A stretch of DNA of 64,000 nucleotides from Trichoplax sp. H2 (taxonomy: Eukaryota): positions 1-64,000 of the forward strand of contig NOWV01000160.1 of NCBI GenBank assembly GCA_003344405.1. Direction: 5' to 3'. Both the position numbers and the translations under genes were made by a program. The notes under the pieces are model-generated. The model saw only the letters and a list, made by a program, of their open reading frames with translations. It was not told where the DNA came from and did no database searches. Positions 13,741-27,759 of the stretch are shown one piece after another (position 1 is the stretch's first letter; each line of letters begins with the position of its first letter).

Positions 13741-14949
13741 CAGCTATAAACCCTATCCACGTAAATAACTCTCTAATACAGAGATGAGAACAGCATCGAG
13801 ATTTATATTCTTCTAGTCTATACTCCTAGTCGAATGAAAAATAAAAAAAATAACAAGAAATAAGTAAGAGCAGTTGCTCACTCAACTCCTCTACAAACAA
13901 ACACCATAACACAATCTACTATCACGTAAATATCTCAATTTTTAATAAAAATATTCAATTAGCTAGTTTAACTCATTACGGTAAAGAAACTGTTACATTT
14001 TTATAATGAAAAGATTTCAGGAGTACAGTTAATTCTCATTCTTGAATGGATTATTGCTGTTCACTCAATTCTCTGGTTACTAATCTACGTTGTATCCAAG
14101 ACAATTGTTTAATTATTTTATGACGACGACATATAGCTTTAAAAAAAACACTATGACATACCAATAATCTAAAGCTAAAACCCAGATCAAAATATTTTGA
14201 TTTGTCTTGTATTTAGCAGCAAAGTAATATAATTTTTACTGTATTTTACCCAAAAAATTGACTACCGATTTATCATCTTTGTAGCACATACGTTGCATCG
14301 ACTAAAAACATCGGTTAAATTTTAATCTTACAATACATACTTCTTAACAAAATTATACCGCTGGTTGTTCTTAAATTTAAAATGATTAAAGTAATCTGGT
14401 TTATACTAAGATACCAAGTCAAATCTACTGTAATCAAACTAAATTCCTTTTAAAGCTACAATGCCTATTATAATACAAAAGCTTGAAGGTAAATTTAAAA
14501 ATTAGTCTTCATTGTAAATTAATGTAGTTGGATTACTAATAATAGTTGCTATTGTGTTACTAATATGAGAAGAAATGCTGATTATCAACAATAGGCATAG
14601 TCAATTACTTCATATATATTTAATAACATAGTGGGAGTTTTAAGCATAAAAGTTAAAAAAGTTTAAAATAATTTTAATGCACAGTTGAATCGTAGGGAAG
14701 TGAGTTCTAAAGAAGACCCGATGATTAACAGTTAAATGGCAATATCAGTTGGTAGGAGACCACGGTATCAAAGTTACTATTTAGTAGGTGATAGTATAGG
14801 TAAAAGTTCAATCTATTTTAAATAATCAAAGAATTTTTATTGATGTTGCTCAGCAACGAAATGCAAATATCTAGCCTATTGAACCTACAATTATTCATTA
14901 CCAAAATCTCGTTAGAAATACATTGATTCCTACTATGAGCATAATAATT

Positions 14950-16100
14950 GTTAAATTCGATTTCAGTATAATAATGTAACAAAAGTAATACGAACTTATT
15001 GTAATTTAATATCTTATAATCAATCAGCTTTTATCATTTAAATAAAAGATTTAGTCCAAAAAATTGGTTCATGGCACATTTTAACTGTACCAACGGGGAT
15101 ATAGCTAATCTTTGGGGTGTTGAAACTAATGGAATTTGCAGTACCCTCAGTCTTCAATATATCTCAGACGCCTTTATATTTCATCGTATGATTTCAGAAT
15201 TGATTATATTCGACAATTTGTGAAGCTAATATACCGTACATTTTGGCGGCACTTAACATTGATAAATTATTTTCACTATCTAGCGGCTATTCTTGCTTAG
15301 TATCCAAATTAATTCAATAACACTTGCTCATAAACATCTGCTGGCTGATTCTAAATCATTCGATTACAGCACTATTTTTCCATTTATAGAACTATTCATA
15401 TTTTAACAATTTCTATTATTAATCAGAACTAAAATCACTACTGTAAACTACTAACTTAGTTACAATACAAAAATTCTTGTTCAGTACAAATGAAACTTAC
15501 AACACTGCAACTAGTTATAATTATGGTAAATTCTTAATTCATCTTTATAACTTAGATGCGAATTTAGATTCTTTATTAATCTGGAAAAACACATTGTTAG
15601 CTAAATATCTGTTTTAGCTTCTTTAAAATTTATCGCTTAAAGTACGCTACTGACCCTCATTGATCGTCTGTTAGCAATAATAATAACAATTCCTTTAGAA
15701 TAAAGCCTAAAGCTCAAATTTTTTGAAAGCTGATTAGTTTATAGCAATGTTGCATCTAATCAATTATCCACACTCAGATAATATTAATAAGTTAGCAGTC
15801 GTGTGTAATATAACGAGAAATATTACCAATAAATTCATTAAGAGTAAAATTCATAGAAAGCCTTATAAAAGGAATCATGTTAACCTAAAGCGTAATTGTT
15901 AAGCTATTTTGCAATAATAATTTATTATCTAGTCTCCAACATATTGCAAATTATGTTATCCAGCTACTAATCCAAGGAAATGAAAGTTTTGAAGTCAAAT
16001 TTTATGGGAAGCAGAAGGAATATCGATTTCAAAAGGAGAAGTAATTCTATGTATAAATTAGCTTTACGGCGTTGTTTCTATTTATACAGCATTAGTAACG
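14950..16100 (+). pseudogene. Possible highly decayed GPCR pseudogene
   Basis: Collinear fragments VIRTYCNLISYN (~14985), ILAALNIDKLF (15240-15272), ICWLI...TA-FPF (~15340-15385) and FII*SP (15921-15938), with many stops and frameshifts. Confidence 0.35.
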
Positions 16101-16531
16101 ACGATATAATTACTTATTATAGTAAAATCAATTTAATAAGGCAAAAAATTTAGTTATTTGTTAAGTTAAACTTGATGGCAATCATATGGTACATAATTTA
16201 CCAATTAATAAAAATAGCAACTTCGATACATTTATGCTACAACTTATAATGTTTCACTTTGAATTTTTATTGATATCAAGCTAAGGATTCAAAGGTTGGT
16301 AGATTTAAATTTAATTTGTGATAATCGTAAATAAATCAAATTTGTAATACCTTTAATTTTTTCTATGAATCTGGTAAACTTAGAATAGTTCTGATTGTGA
16401 TTATAGCAATTGATATTTTAACGGTAAGATGATAAGAAAATACTAGACTACTTTACATGAGGTTAAGAGAACTTATATACAGTTAACTTTTCAAAGGTGA
16501 CATTACTATTTTCAAAGTAATAAATTTAAGA

Positions 16532-17515
16532 TTAGCGATATTTGATAGATCTAGATGACTCGCTGTCTCTAATATGAAAGTATTCAATTACCGCAGTCTT
16601 AATACTCTTAACAAAATATACGTACAAGAGGGGATTAACTGTAGGGTATAAGAATGCAATATAGCGAGTTATTACAAGAAGAGTAACACGAACCCAGCAA
16701 GGTAATTTATAATAACCAGCTAAAGTGTTATTAGAAAGACTGATCGTTAAAATAAGAAGTTGATAATTACAGAAATAGGGAAAAAGCATAAATAGAAATA
16801 GTATCGCTAATAAAAACATTTGTTTAGATGCTGTGATAGCTTTCTTAGGACTAATCATTGGCATTGAGTTAGCAGATTCCACATTATTATTACTAAAATT
16901 TGACTTTCTTGCATATATTCTATAGAAAATGTATGAGTAACAGCTAATTATAATAACTATAGGTATGTAAAATAAACCAAAAAAAAACGCATAACTGTAG
17001 GTGATTTCTGGAGTAGTGTAAAAAACTGGCGTACAAACATTCATTGGAACTTCACGAAAACTCATTATAGGGATTGATGAAGCAAGTACAGAAATAATCC
17101 ATAAGAATATCACCGTAATTATGTAATGCTTAGATTTAATTGAAGACTTGTAGTCTATTGGCCATTTTATGGCAATTAGTCGATCAATACTTATTAAACA
17201 TTGATGTAGATTATAGTTGAGCAGAAATGATGATCCAAGTACTGGTAAAAAAGCGCAGAATACGTGAATATTTTCATAATTCCGAACACCCCAACGAGGG
17301 ATAATATAAATTCCACCAAATAGAATTCCAATAAAAAATGAACTACAAATAATCACGTTGGAGGGTGTTCGAATGGATTTAGACCTTACCACGCTTGTAA
17401 ATAATATTAGATTACAGATAACTGTAAAAATGCCAATAGCAATCCATATTCGATTGTTGTTATAAGTTCTTAGATCTTGCAAGCATTGAGTGGCGTTCGT
17501 CATGGTCAAATTCAT
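16532..17515 (-). CDS. Single-exon class A GPCR, 327 aa
   Basis: 7TM, NYNLHQCLISIDRL, YPTVNPLLY. Paralog of 2293-3282. Confidence 0.93.
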   Translation of the reverse strand: MNLTMTNATQCLQDLRTYNNNRIWIAIGIFTVICNLILFTSVVRSKSIRTPSNVIICSSFFIGILFGGIYIIPRWGVRNYENIHVFCAFLPVLGSSFLLNYNLHQCLISIDRLIAIKWPIDYKSSIKSKHYIITVIFLWIISVLASSIPIMSFREVPMNVCTPVFYTTPEITYSYAFFFGLFYIPIVIIISCYSYIFYRIYARKSNFSNNNVESANSMPMISPKKAITASKQMFLLAILFLFMLFPYFCNYQLLILTISLSNNTLAGYYKLPCWVRVTLLVITRYIAFLYPTVNPLLYVYFVKSIKTAVIEYFHIRDSESSRSIKYR

Positions 17516-18876
17516 GATTTTTAGTTTAGAATTACTTATACACTAAATGACACTTTCGAATTAGCAGAAACCGTTAAATGATCTTAATAGACGAATAGGG
17601 TTGAGATTTTATAATGTGCCTCGAACATTCGCATAACTATGAGTTCGAGAACTGGTTAATAAAAATTGCTGCTGAGGAGAAAAATTTCTAAATGATCAAA
17701 CTCATCTAATGGATCTATTTTATACCTTACTAAATTTCTACAATGATTTTGTTGTTTAGTAGAATATTTTGGATATCTATTAAATATTAATTAATGTCAC
17801 GGTCAATTTTGTTTTCGCTGTCGCTGAAGTCAATTATTTCATATCGTTGCGCTTTCAAAAGTAAATTATATATTAATTTATAAGAATTTAAGCGCTGTGT
17901 TGGTAAACAGCTATACGATATTACTTATAACTATCACAACGAATTCTTACTATCATGAAATTTACATTAAAGATTATATAATATATAAAAATATTGACTA
18001 AGAAAGGTTCTGAACAATGCCATTAATAATTTAGATAGTTAAGAACTATGTATTATCTATTATATCGGCTAGCTACATACTACTCACAGTGTCTCCTATT
18101 CTGTTTGTGTTAGTAAATTCTTCATTTCATTAAACCTCAACAACACAGTCAATTAATTATCATGTGGTTACGTCAAATATTTACTGTAACTATCATAATT
18201 TCACTAAGTATTAAATTTGTTTCAAATAAGTTAATATGTTCTTATTAGTATATGCAAATAAAAATGATTTTAATCAAATTTAATAATAAAAGAATTATTC
18301 ATCAGTTTGTTAGCGACAACTTGAGTATTTCTTTTCCAAACATCTTTCCTAATACCATAATATGATGTCGCGTCTGTTATTTTGTTTTGATTTGGCTGAT
18401 ATCAAGACAGCTAATTTATAATTCATGGCAATAAAATTACATATAAATATTTATTAATTCGAGTGTTGGTAAACTCTTAAAGTGGATTTACAATTAAATA
18501 TTAGTGGAATGTACCTTAATACAAAAAAATTACAGTATTTGATTTTCAGATTACTATTACTGATACTCTTATGTATGTAATAACTTATATCACACAATGA
18601 AGTTAGCTTTTAGCTAATGGTCACATGATTAGCTTAGAAGGATTTATTTCAGATCTAATTGCAAGCTAACTAATTATTCTTAAAAGGAGCACGACCCTTA
18701 AAGTGATATTTTTATATTATAAAGTAATTCTGTTGACTCTATTGCAAACTTTTCAGTACGGGACCGCTTTTACTCTAATAAGTTATGTTTTTACTACTAA
18801 AATTGTGTTGATCATATTTCAGAAACAATTTTAAAGTACATTTAGCAATTATTAGTATTCAAACATGAAATATCGC

Positions 18877-19563
18877 TGTTACGGAGCTTGAAACAACTTG
18901 TTTACAGCTAGCAGATATTTAAGGTGTTTGTATGAAAGATGTAACTTAGTAAATTAACTTGAGAGATAAAAACATTATTTAGGAATATTATGTGCTAAAT
19001 TATATTATTTAATTCTGTATAAGAGACTAGCACCGGGGCATCTGTTCGACTTGGGAGTTAGCTATATATGCTTGGCTATTTATTTTAAATTCAGTTCCAC
19101 TGAAACTAGTTTAGAGTACACTAATACTAATTTATGAAGTAGCTAGTAATAAATAAAACTAAACTTAATTAGTGTGAACCCCTGTCGTCTATCTCAAATC
19201 TCTACAGTTAGAAAAGTTAGTTTCCAAACAAGACACATCCCGGAGTTAGTTGTATAAAAGAAATACGTGTTTGTCGAATTCGTTTCATTTCTTTGAATTC
19301 ATTAATTAGAGTTGATAGCCAAATAACTAGTGTAGCTAAGCAAAGTAAAGTTACGGTAAATTTACAATACAAAAAATTGATAATTTGACCGCTAAACAAA
19401 TTTTTTTTCTTGTTAGCTACTATATGTGGTCAATAAAGATATCCTTTTGGTAATAGATAAGGCGAAAATTTTTTAAGGCTAAAACATTTAATTTTTGCTT
19501 AGACACATTTGGTTGTCGTTGTCAATAAAGTTTTGATGACCACTTTAAATTTCATTTCGTGAC
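18877..19563 (+). mobile_element. Probable LTR-like element, right end unresolved
   Basis: Starts TGTTACGGAGC, the reverse complement of the ends at 7105 and 48011. TATAAAAG at 19253 with AATAAA downstream. No TSD found. Confidence 0.4.
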
Positions 19564-19924
19564 GTAAAATACAAATTTTTAATGTCGTTTGACCTTGAAC
19601 CCTTTTTGGGAAAATATTTAGGGTATACAAATCAGCTTGCGGAAGTTTATGTCACTGACGTAGTTGAATGAAGACTATCTAATAGAAAATAATGCTTTGC
19701 TGCAATGTATCTAAATATAGCTTTAAAACCTTCAAGCTTAAACAACGACGTATCATTCTTCAAATTTAGCTACTTTCACGTGATTTATTTGCTAATATCA
19801 ATTGATATTTCTAATGTAGAGAATTTGTTTTATAGAATTATGTTGTGGTCATAAGATAATTTCAATGTATGAGTCATGATTTATGAGAATTAAACGGCTA
19901 TTTTGTAGAAGGATTATAAAAAAG

Positions 19925-20487
19925 TGTGATATAATCCAATCACGAAAATTCCAAAGTTGTAAAAAATTAGAACTTTGGTAGATCTAATACAAAGACTATC
20001 TACACACACCTCTACTCTAGCCTAATACAACTATTACAGGACTTCTAGAAAGAACGAACTGAATAGTCTAAAGTAGCCAATTTATATTCATTTTGTAGCA
20101 GTCCCAGCCATAATCAGCATAGCAACATTCTACCTCCATGTACACATAGTCAAACTATTATTAGAGACAATATTTTTCAGCCATCCATCATTAATCTGAT
20201 ATAGACACAACTACAGCATTTCGGTAGATACTATTCTTAGTAGTCAAATTACGGTAAACTAAGTATATCCTAATAGATAAATTACAGTTCTATTTTTACC
20301 TCTAGCCTTAATAGTAACTCAACGTCTTACTATATATAGTCATCAGTGCTATAGCATAGAATCTACTATTACAGTTCATAGTAGTGAGCTACTAAATACG
20401 TCTTAAGATAAGTATAGAAAGTTATGCTCCCATACATCTTACTAACATGGCTAGAAGTGTACAATCACATTACCAAATTTCGTTACA
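19925..20487 (-). mobile_element. Solo-LTR-like element, family D copy 1
   Basis: TGTGAT...GTTACA, TSD AAAAG/AAAGG. Homologous to the copies at 20597, 29542, 33522 and 61997. Confidence 0.85.
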
Positions 20488-20596
20488 AAAGGGCAATGAA
20501 TAATGATTACACAGATATTTTCGCATAAATATTTAGCAATTATTTATCGCTCGATTATGTTGTCTAGCGTAGAGATGCCTTTTATGAGTTTAAAGT

Positions 20597-21600
20597 TGTG
20601 ATAAAATCCGATCACTGAAATTTCAAAGTTATAAAAAATTAGAACTTTATTAGATTTAATACAATGACCAGCTAACACAGCTCTACCCTAGCTGAATACA
20701 AATGCTGAACCTTTCCTAGAAAGAACAGTCAGATAATCTAATGTCTCCTGCTTTTATACTCTCCCCTAGCCTTCGCAACTACAATCAGCTGTCATAAGCC
20801 AGCTTCGTGACAAGAATAACGTAAAATAAATCTCTAAATTACTATAGTCTCCGACATTCAGTATCCCTACTCACAAGAATTTAGACGCCTTTGATTCTAC
20901 GTTAAACTCAACTAGACAATTGAGAACTACTTTATTCAACTATCTGACGGGCTTATATACCCTTCTACAGCCGCTAACAATCACGATTTATCTTATAAAA
21001 ATACTTAGGTGAGAACATCTGCTAACTAATTTTTCACAGTTGGACTACAATATGTCCATTCATAGAACCATTTCAGTGCACATTACAGCACAGCATTAAA
21101 TTTACTGTAACACATTTATAATTAGAGTAATTCCTATTATAAGTAACTAGTTGTAATATAATATCACAATATTATATTAAGCAAATTTAGATAGCGATTT
21201 CTTCGCGGTAGTTCGTACCGTGACATCAGCATGACAGCATTCCACCATATTTTACTTTTACTTAGCATATTTTTAGTCACAATATTTTACAGCGAATCAT
21301 CATTAATCCAATACAGAAATGATTTCAGTATTCTCGAAGACATTATTTCTAACACTCAAAGTACAATGCACTAAGCATATCATAATATATGATTTACAAT
21401 TATATTTCTACCTGTAACCTTATAAGTAACTCAATGTTTTACCGTATATAGTTATCTGTACTCTAGCATAAAATTCCTACCATACAATCTATAATTATGA
21501 ACTACTAAATATATCATAACATAAATATAGAAACGACATAACCGTACATCATACTAAATATAGCTAATAGTCTACGATCACAATACGAAGTTACTTCACA
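20597..21600 (-). mobile_element. Solo-LTR-like element, family D copy 2 (interrupted by a family E insertion)
   Basis: TGTGAT...TCACA, degenerate TSD AAAGT/ACAGC. Family D homology resumes after 21230. Confidence 0.8.
20790..21225 (-). mobile_element. Solo-LTR-like element, family E copy 1, nested in D copy 2
   Basis: TGTCAT...GTGACA with perfect TSD TCAGC. Closely similar to 52623-53058. Confidence 0.9.
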
Positions 21601-23139
21601 ACAGCGCATCACTTCGAATTTCTTAATTTCAGCCTCACTTAATTTGTTATGTAATTACAGCTGTGTACGTGCATGTCTGCTACCAGAATTATTTAGATAA
21701 TATTTTTCGTTCCTTCTTACCATATGCACCTATACAGTGTTCTCTTACTCCATTTAATTTTTGGGAATTTGTTCAAATTTAAGATTTACGGATTATAAGT
21801 AGTAGTTATAAATAAACAGTGAAAATATACGGCCTATCATAATATCCTTGTAAACCCTACAACTAGACTGCTTAAAAATTTAAAGAATTTTAAAGAATTT
21901 CTAGAATAACAGTAAAATGTAGAAAGACCCATGGATTCAAACAATACCGTGATTAATAATCTTGTATTTTTTTTTACAAAAACTAAGTAACTTAATCATC
22001 ATATCTTTCAGAAAGCTATGAATTATAGTCATAACCTTATATTTTTATCAGCTAGTCTATTATCTTTTGATCATTTCTGCTGGCTGCTCAGACTGATATT
22101 ATTTTTACGGTTTGTTGGGAGTTTCTTAAATTGATCCAAGATAGCCTAGCTTACCAATTACATAATGAAGCATGCAGAGGTTCTAATGATTTCTGAGCAT
22201 TTCGTATGATTTCTGCTGCTTCTATAGTGACATTATCCTTAGCATGGACACATTATTCTGATGCATTATATGTACTTTAATGGATAGTTGATTTTTCATT
22301 AGCAATAGTTATATTTGGATATCCACATATGATATCTATAAGTTAGGTTATCTTCCTCTATTTATTTAAATTTATGAATTCTTAAATTTTCAGGAGGAGA
22401 GAATATTAATGCTTTAATTGTTAGTCTTGGATATAATCTAATAATAGATAAGTTACGATAAATCCCAAGAGTCAGTTATTACATGTTAGTAGCTAAACAG
22501 CTTTAAAGCAACGGTTATCTAAGCAATTGCTGATAGTTTGCCTAGTTTGAGAAAATGAGATTTGGTAACAGTTATCAAAATAAGTAACACTAAAGTTATT
22601 TATTTTTAGAGAGTGAGGTTAGCTAGTCTATAACTACGGCATATTGTAGACTAATACGTTTTGGTGTTAATGTGATTACTTTGGCTTCTTGATGTAATAA
22701 ATCGTTAAGTATTAGCGAATACTAAGAGAAATATTATGCAAACAAAACCTGAAAGTAAACCAGTACTACAATTTTATATAACGCACTCAGTTTGATAATA
22801 GTTATTATGTAATAAAGATTTGGATGACATGTCTGGTTTATGCAGATTTTTGTGTGCTACAACTACCCTTATGACACAAGAAATTACTCTCTTCTTCTAG
22901 TGAATTTTACTTTAATTCGTAATAGCATTTCTCTAGCCTACGATAAAGTAACTGAAATCTTTACGAAGTATACGTTCTAAGGCACAACACAATATAACAT
23001 AACTTTCTTTACTTTTAATTGATTTTTATTTCATACTATATCAATCGTATTAAACATATTTATCGCGCTATCAGTATTTTTAATAACAATAATGTTATTA
23101 CGATTTAGTTATCATGTACAGAATTTTGTAGTAATTAGC

Positions 23140-23736
23140 TGTTACGGTATTGCCTTGCCATTAGGATATTTTAATAAGTACAGTAGTAGCTAGTATGGAG
23201 AATATTCATATTTGTAATGCTAGGTAAGATAAGTAATGCCTTAATGTGGATGTTGTTTGTAATAGTTCATTACATATTTGATATTGATTATTAATGTGTG
23301 ATAGATAGCAGTAAGATGATTCAAGTTCTAGTTGATGATAGTTGACACAAAAATTTTCTTTCTAAAAAATAAGTGGCTAAATTCATTAAATTGAACAATT
23401 ACAATGGTAATTATAATTACTTATTTACAGTTAGAATCCGTGAAGTTATAGGGTGCTAGATTAAATTATATATTTTACTGGAACACTAAATCTTATATAG
23501 TAATTAATTACTGTAAAAGCTCTCGTGGTTGTAATTCTGATTAATAAAAGATCATAAGTATACTAAAATCATTCTGTGAACGGACATACTAAAGCTTGAT
23601 TAAATAAAATCAGCTAGAAGATGTCCATATCTAAAAGTATTGCTTTACCTAACGTAAAGTCATAAACGTACAAATTGCTGAGAATTTAAAGAGGTTGACC
23701 TTTACATTATTTTTTTCGCAAAGCTGGTTTGTGACT
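23140..23736 (+). mobile_element. Mosaic solo-LTR-like element
   Basis: Starts TGTTACGG. 23140-23345 is an inverted near-identical copy of 24406-24612. The right end carries the A/E-type hairpin TCGCAAAGCTGGTTTGTGAC. Confidence 0.65.
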
Positions 23737-24086
23737 TTTCGATAAATGAAATCATTATCATCGCTATACGGAGCAAAGTATAGGTGGGTCAGCTATAAAT
23801 AGTCTAAGACTAAAGCAAAAGAACTCTTAAATCAGAAGCTATGTATTTACTAGATTCATATTGTAATAGCCATAGAAATAACTTGAATATAGATGCATAC
23901 CTTACGATAGTATTTTGTTTGAACTCCTTATAAATATAAAACAATAATTCAAGAATTTTTATTGCTAATGATAAAGTAATTCCATACAATTTTATGATGG
24001 AATTGTAAATATTTCTAGTAGGTATTTGAAATAAATAAATTTAATATAGCCAGCAATTGAGAAAATCTTATATATGAAATTGTTAT

Positions 24087-24612
24087 TGTCACAATTTCAT
24101 TTCTGCGACAAGGTAACGTACAGTAATAGTCTATAAGAAGCTACTGACTTAAGCGCCCTATTATTTAAAGTTAAATACACACTTTTATTAGTAAAGATAT
24201 ATCTACGAATTTTTACCACACCACTTCACTCAAATGTTCCCGTTTATTTAGGAACCATCTAATTTGTAAACAACAACTGTATTATTATTTTACCTTACTT
24301 GGAGAAACATCTCGAACTGAGATGTTCCATACATAGTTTTTCTATCAGTAAATATTTTGAATCTCTTACTCATACTTAATCCTAATCTAAGCTCTGTTTT
24401 CTAATTCAACTATGATCAACTAGAACTTGAATCATCTTACTGCTATCTATCACACATTAACAATCAATATCAAATATGTAATGAACTATTACAAACAACA
24501 TCTACGTTAAGGCATTACTTATCTTACCTAGCACTACAAATATGGATATTCTCCAATGCTAGCTACTACTGTACTTATTAAACTATCCTAATGACAAGGC
24601 AACACCGCAACA
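24087..24612 (-). mobile_element. Mosaic solo-LTR-like element
   Basis: TGTCACA-ATTTCATTTC-TGCGACA hairpin end to CCGCAACA. Shares ~205 bp with 23140-23345. TSD not clear. Confidence 0.65.
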
Positions 24613-25048
24613 GTGCAATAAACCAAATAGAGTTGTTACAACGAACAGATGTCGTATAATGCTTCCTAGGACGCATCGTAACGAAACGATTGCATTAATT
24701 TTTTTTCAAAATTTGCCATATTTGTTCAACTTTAAGTTCAAGTTAGAATTAATTTTAAAACGAGTAAATAGCCCTCATTATAATTAAAGTAAACAAATGT
24801 CTGAATTTTAAGAGTTTCTTACAGAGAAAACCCTATAGCTAAATTTAAATAATCTGATTAATTATACTAGAATTACATAATATTATGATTCACATTTAAT
24901 TTTAATTATTTCTGATTAAGCTATAGGGTTATAACTATTCGTAATTATAATGAGAAACATATGTACAATATACGTATTTGCCTTCAAATTTAAAGCTTGC
25001 TCACGCTTAAGTATCTTACGATCATATTGGTATGCTATAAAGCGTTTG

Positions 25049-26510
25049 CTAAATTTTCCTTGAACGTACTAAATACACTGGATGCGTAGAATATTTTATT
25101 TGATATAATATATTCACGACACAAGACCGAATTATGTCAGCAAAATAAGTTTACAAAACTAATTAATTGTTAGATAATGCCAATTATCTAACTGTTATAA
25201 AATACTTAAGAAAGAGTTTTGTTCTAGGAATCGATCTCAGATTTCTTAATTCCGTTAAAGCCAAAGAAATGACAGTGTAAGGCAGCATAATGACTGTAGT
25301 TATTTCAGCTAATTGCAGTAGTTTTAAGTAGGTAATACAGTCATATTATGTAGTGTAGAACTATATGTCTTAATAAATTATGTGCTATACAAGGCCGTAG
25401 CTGATAACCATATTAAGCAATGCTATCAGGCAATGGACTAATGTTATTGATGACTCCTATGTAGAGGAAGTATTGATGATATATTGTATAAGTTCTACAA
25501 AATTGCTATCGTTGAGGCTAAGTCGATTATCCGGTTTATTGTATCTTAGCTATTTTTGACTTTTAGTATGAGGGGAAGAAATTGGAATTCTTTTCCGATA
25601 GACGACACATGGACGTTATTAAACTTAATAGTTATAAGTCAATTATACAGTGCTGCCTATTTTGTGTCTTATTAGGGATTTGCTCGATTTTTACAACTCA
25701 GAATTTGAGTTGACGGATTACGAACCTAGGGCTAACTATCCGTCCACTACAATGATAACAAAAATTTCAGCTAGGATCACCATTTGAAGTGTGGCTTGTA
25801 TTATGTTTAGACTAGTGAAAATGGTCCGTCTCGCGATCTGATGATGTCGTAGATGTCACTATTAAGCGCCGGCGACGATTGAAATAGCGTAAAATGCTAG
25901 AAAACCAAAAGATTATAATTAATTATGGCAATATAAACCAACCGAAATTTTTCCAGTTAAAGAAATGTTCGTTAAGGTAATGATGATTCTAGCGGTAAGC
26001 AGTAAGTAGCATCGTTCTGAAGAAATCCTTTATAACGTCAAAATAGGATGAAAGGCGCAGTTAATAAGAGTAGTCAAGATAAAATAATCAAATAAAAGTA
26101 TAATTTCCTTATATCCTTTCATCGGTATTTGATAGGGAATTTTACAGCGTCACAGCGATCTATACTAATACTTAAAAGGCATTGACGGAGATTATTATTA
26201 AATAATAATGGCAAGCCAGACAAAGATAAAAAGGAGTAAAGAATACCGTTTCTGCTAATTAAATTGAAAGCAGCCGATCTCAGTAAAATGTAAACGCACC
26301 AAAGAATGCTAATAGTGAAGGAACTATTAATGATCATTACGGTTTTATTTTTCCTGTTATTTCATGTTATTAGAGGTACCAATATCAATATATTGTTTAT
26401 GCTGGCGATGCCTCCAGTAATAGCCCATGCTTCGAAAACATCACTTACAAGATGATATTCTGTTTCGTTATTATTTTCTTGTTGTAGACAAGTCTTAAGG
26501 CTACAATGCT
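25049..26510 (-). pseudogene. GPCR pseudogene of the array family, split in TM6 by an insertion
   Basis: EAWAITGGIASINN, NNNLRQCLLSISIDRC..VKFP, ATLQMVILAEIFVI|IMLPYTV and YFADIIR, with stops and frameshifts. Start coordinate is approximate. Confidence 0.85.
25295..25751 (+). mobile_element. Solo-LTR-like element, family F, inserted in GPCR TM6
   Basis: TGTAGT...ACTACA, TSD ATGAC/ATGAT. Removing it restores the TM6 reading frame. 25460-25722 is homologous to 63744-64000. Confidence 0.85.
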
Positions 26511-27759
26511 TGTGATATCAGTCTATTCGATTTATTTTACAAATACTGCTAAATATATTCGAAAATCTATCAGCACGATAGAGCATGCAAGATGTTAATT
26601 ATCTAAATGGATGTCCAAGTATAGAGTATTTCATTTTGATTTTAAAATGTTTTAGATTAACATTGAAATAATATTTGTGAGGATTATGGATGGATCCCAT
26701 AATTGGGTGGGTAGATCCAAATCATTTCACGTAAGCATCTTATTGCGATAGATTAATCTAAAGTTTTTCTACTGATTATAATGTCAGGACTGTAAAGAAT
26801 AACTTAATTTGAAGAATTCGCATATGCTTTTTACAAATAATCTAGCTATAATTCTAGATCATTTTTTATACTCCAAGAACATCATCCTTCACCTTAGTTT
26901 AGTGCAGACTAAGATTCTAACCATTCATTCGATTAGTCAGTTAAGGAACATCTAAAGATAGAAGTTCCGCAGGAAGTAACTTACAGTTGATTACAGTAAC
27001 ACTGTAGTGTTTGTAAAAATTAGTTCTAGTTTTTATCGATCTGCAAATGCTATGGAGATAATCGAACTTAGGCTAAGCTGTATAAGAGACCTGTAGCAAT
27101 GATTAGCTGTATGACGTTCGTTATATGATTAAATTAATATATCAAGTAAAGTTCTTACAAGATTTTACAATTAACAGGAAATTTTTAGTCTTCCTGCAAA
27201 ATAAATTGGTAAACTGACGACGATCGATCATAGCGCAAAAGGTGTAGTAATCAATTACTGGGATCTTAATGCTATAAGATATTTGTGTCTTGTCAGCTAA
27301 AAGCCTAAGATTAAAAATTTCTGAGAGTAAAAATTGCCTAAAGGGTAAACGTGAATATTATGATCCACGATTAATAGAAATATAGCTAAGCTTACAAAAG
27401 CTCACCATGTCTATTGTGTACTACTATCGAGGGTTAATACTAACATCTGTATTAAAAGTTCGTACTACTCTCACTTAGCACAGAGACAAAAAATTGAAAA
27501 CCTAGTTAAAGTTATTGTAAAACTAACTACTAGCACTGCTTTCTCTTTATTGTATTGAAAAGTGGCGGCTTATATATTTACGTCGTTAACATTTACAACG
27601 CATTATAATTACAAGTTTGTATAACAGTGAATTCGCTAGTTAACGCAGTGCAATCCACCATTAATACGTAGAATTAACAAGTGTATGTATGTTACGTTTG
27701 TAGAATACTATAATTATTCAATCACAAGTATTATTATGTAAATTGTGAAGATAGCAAGT

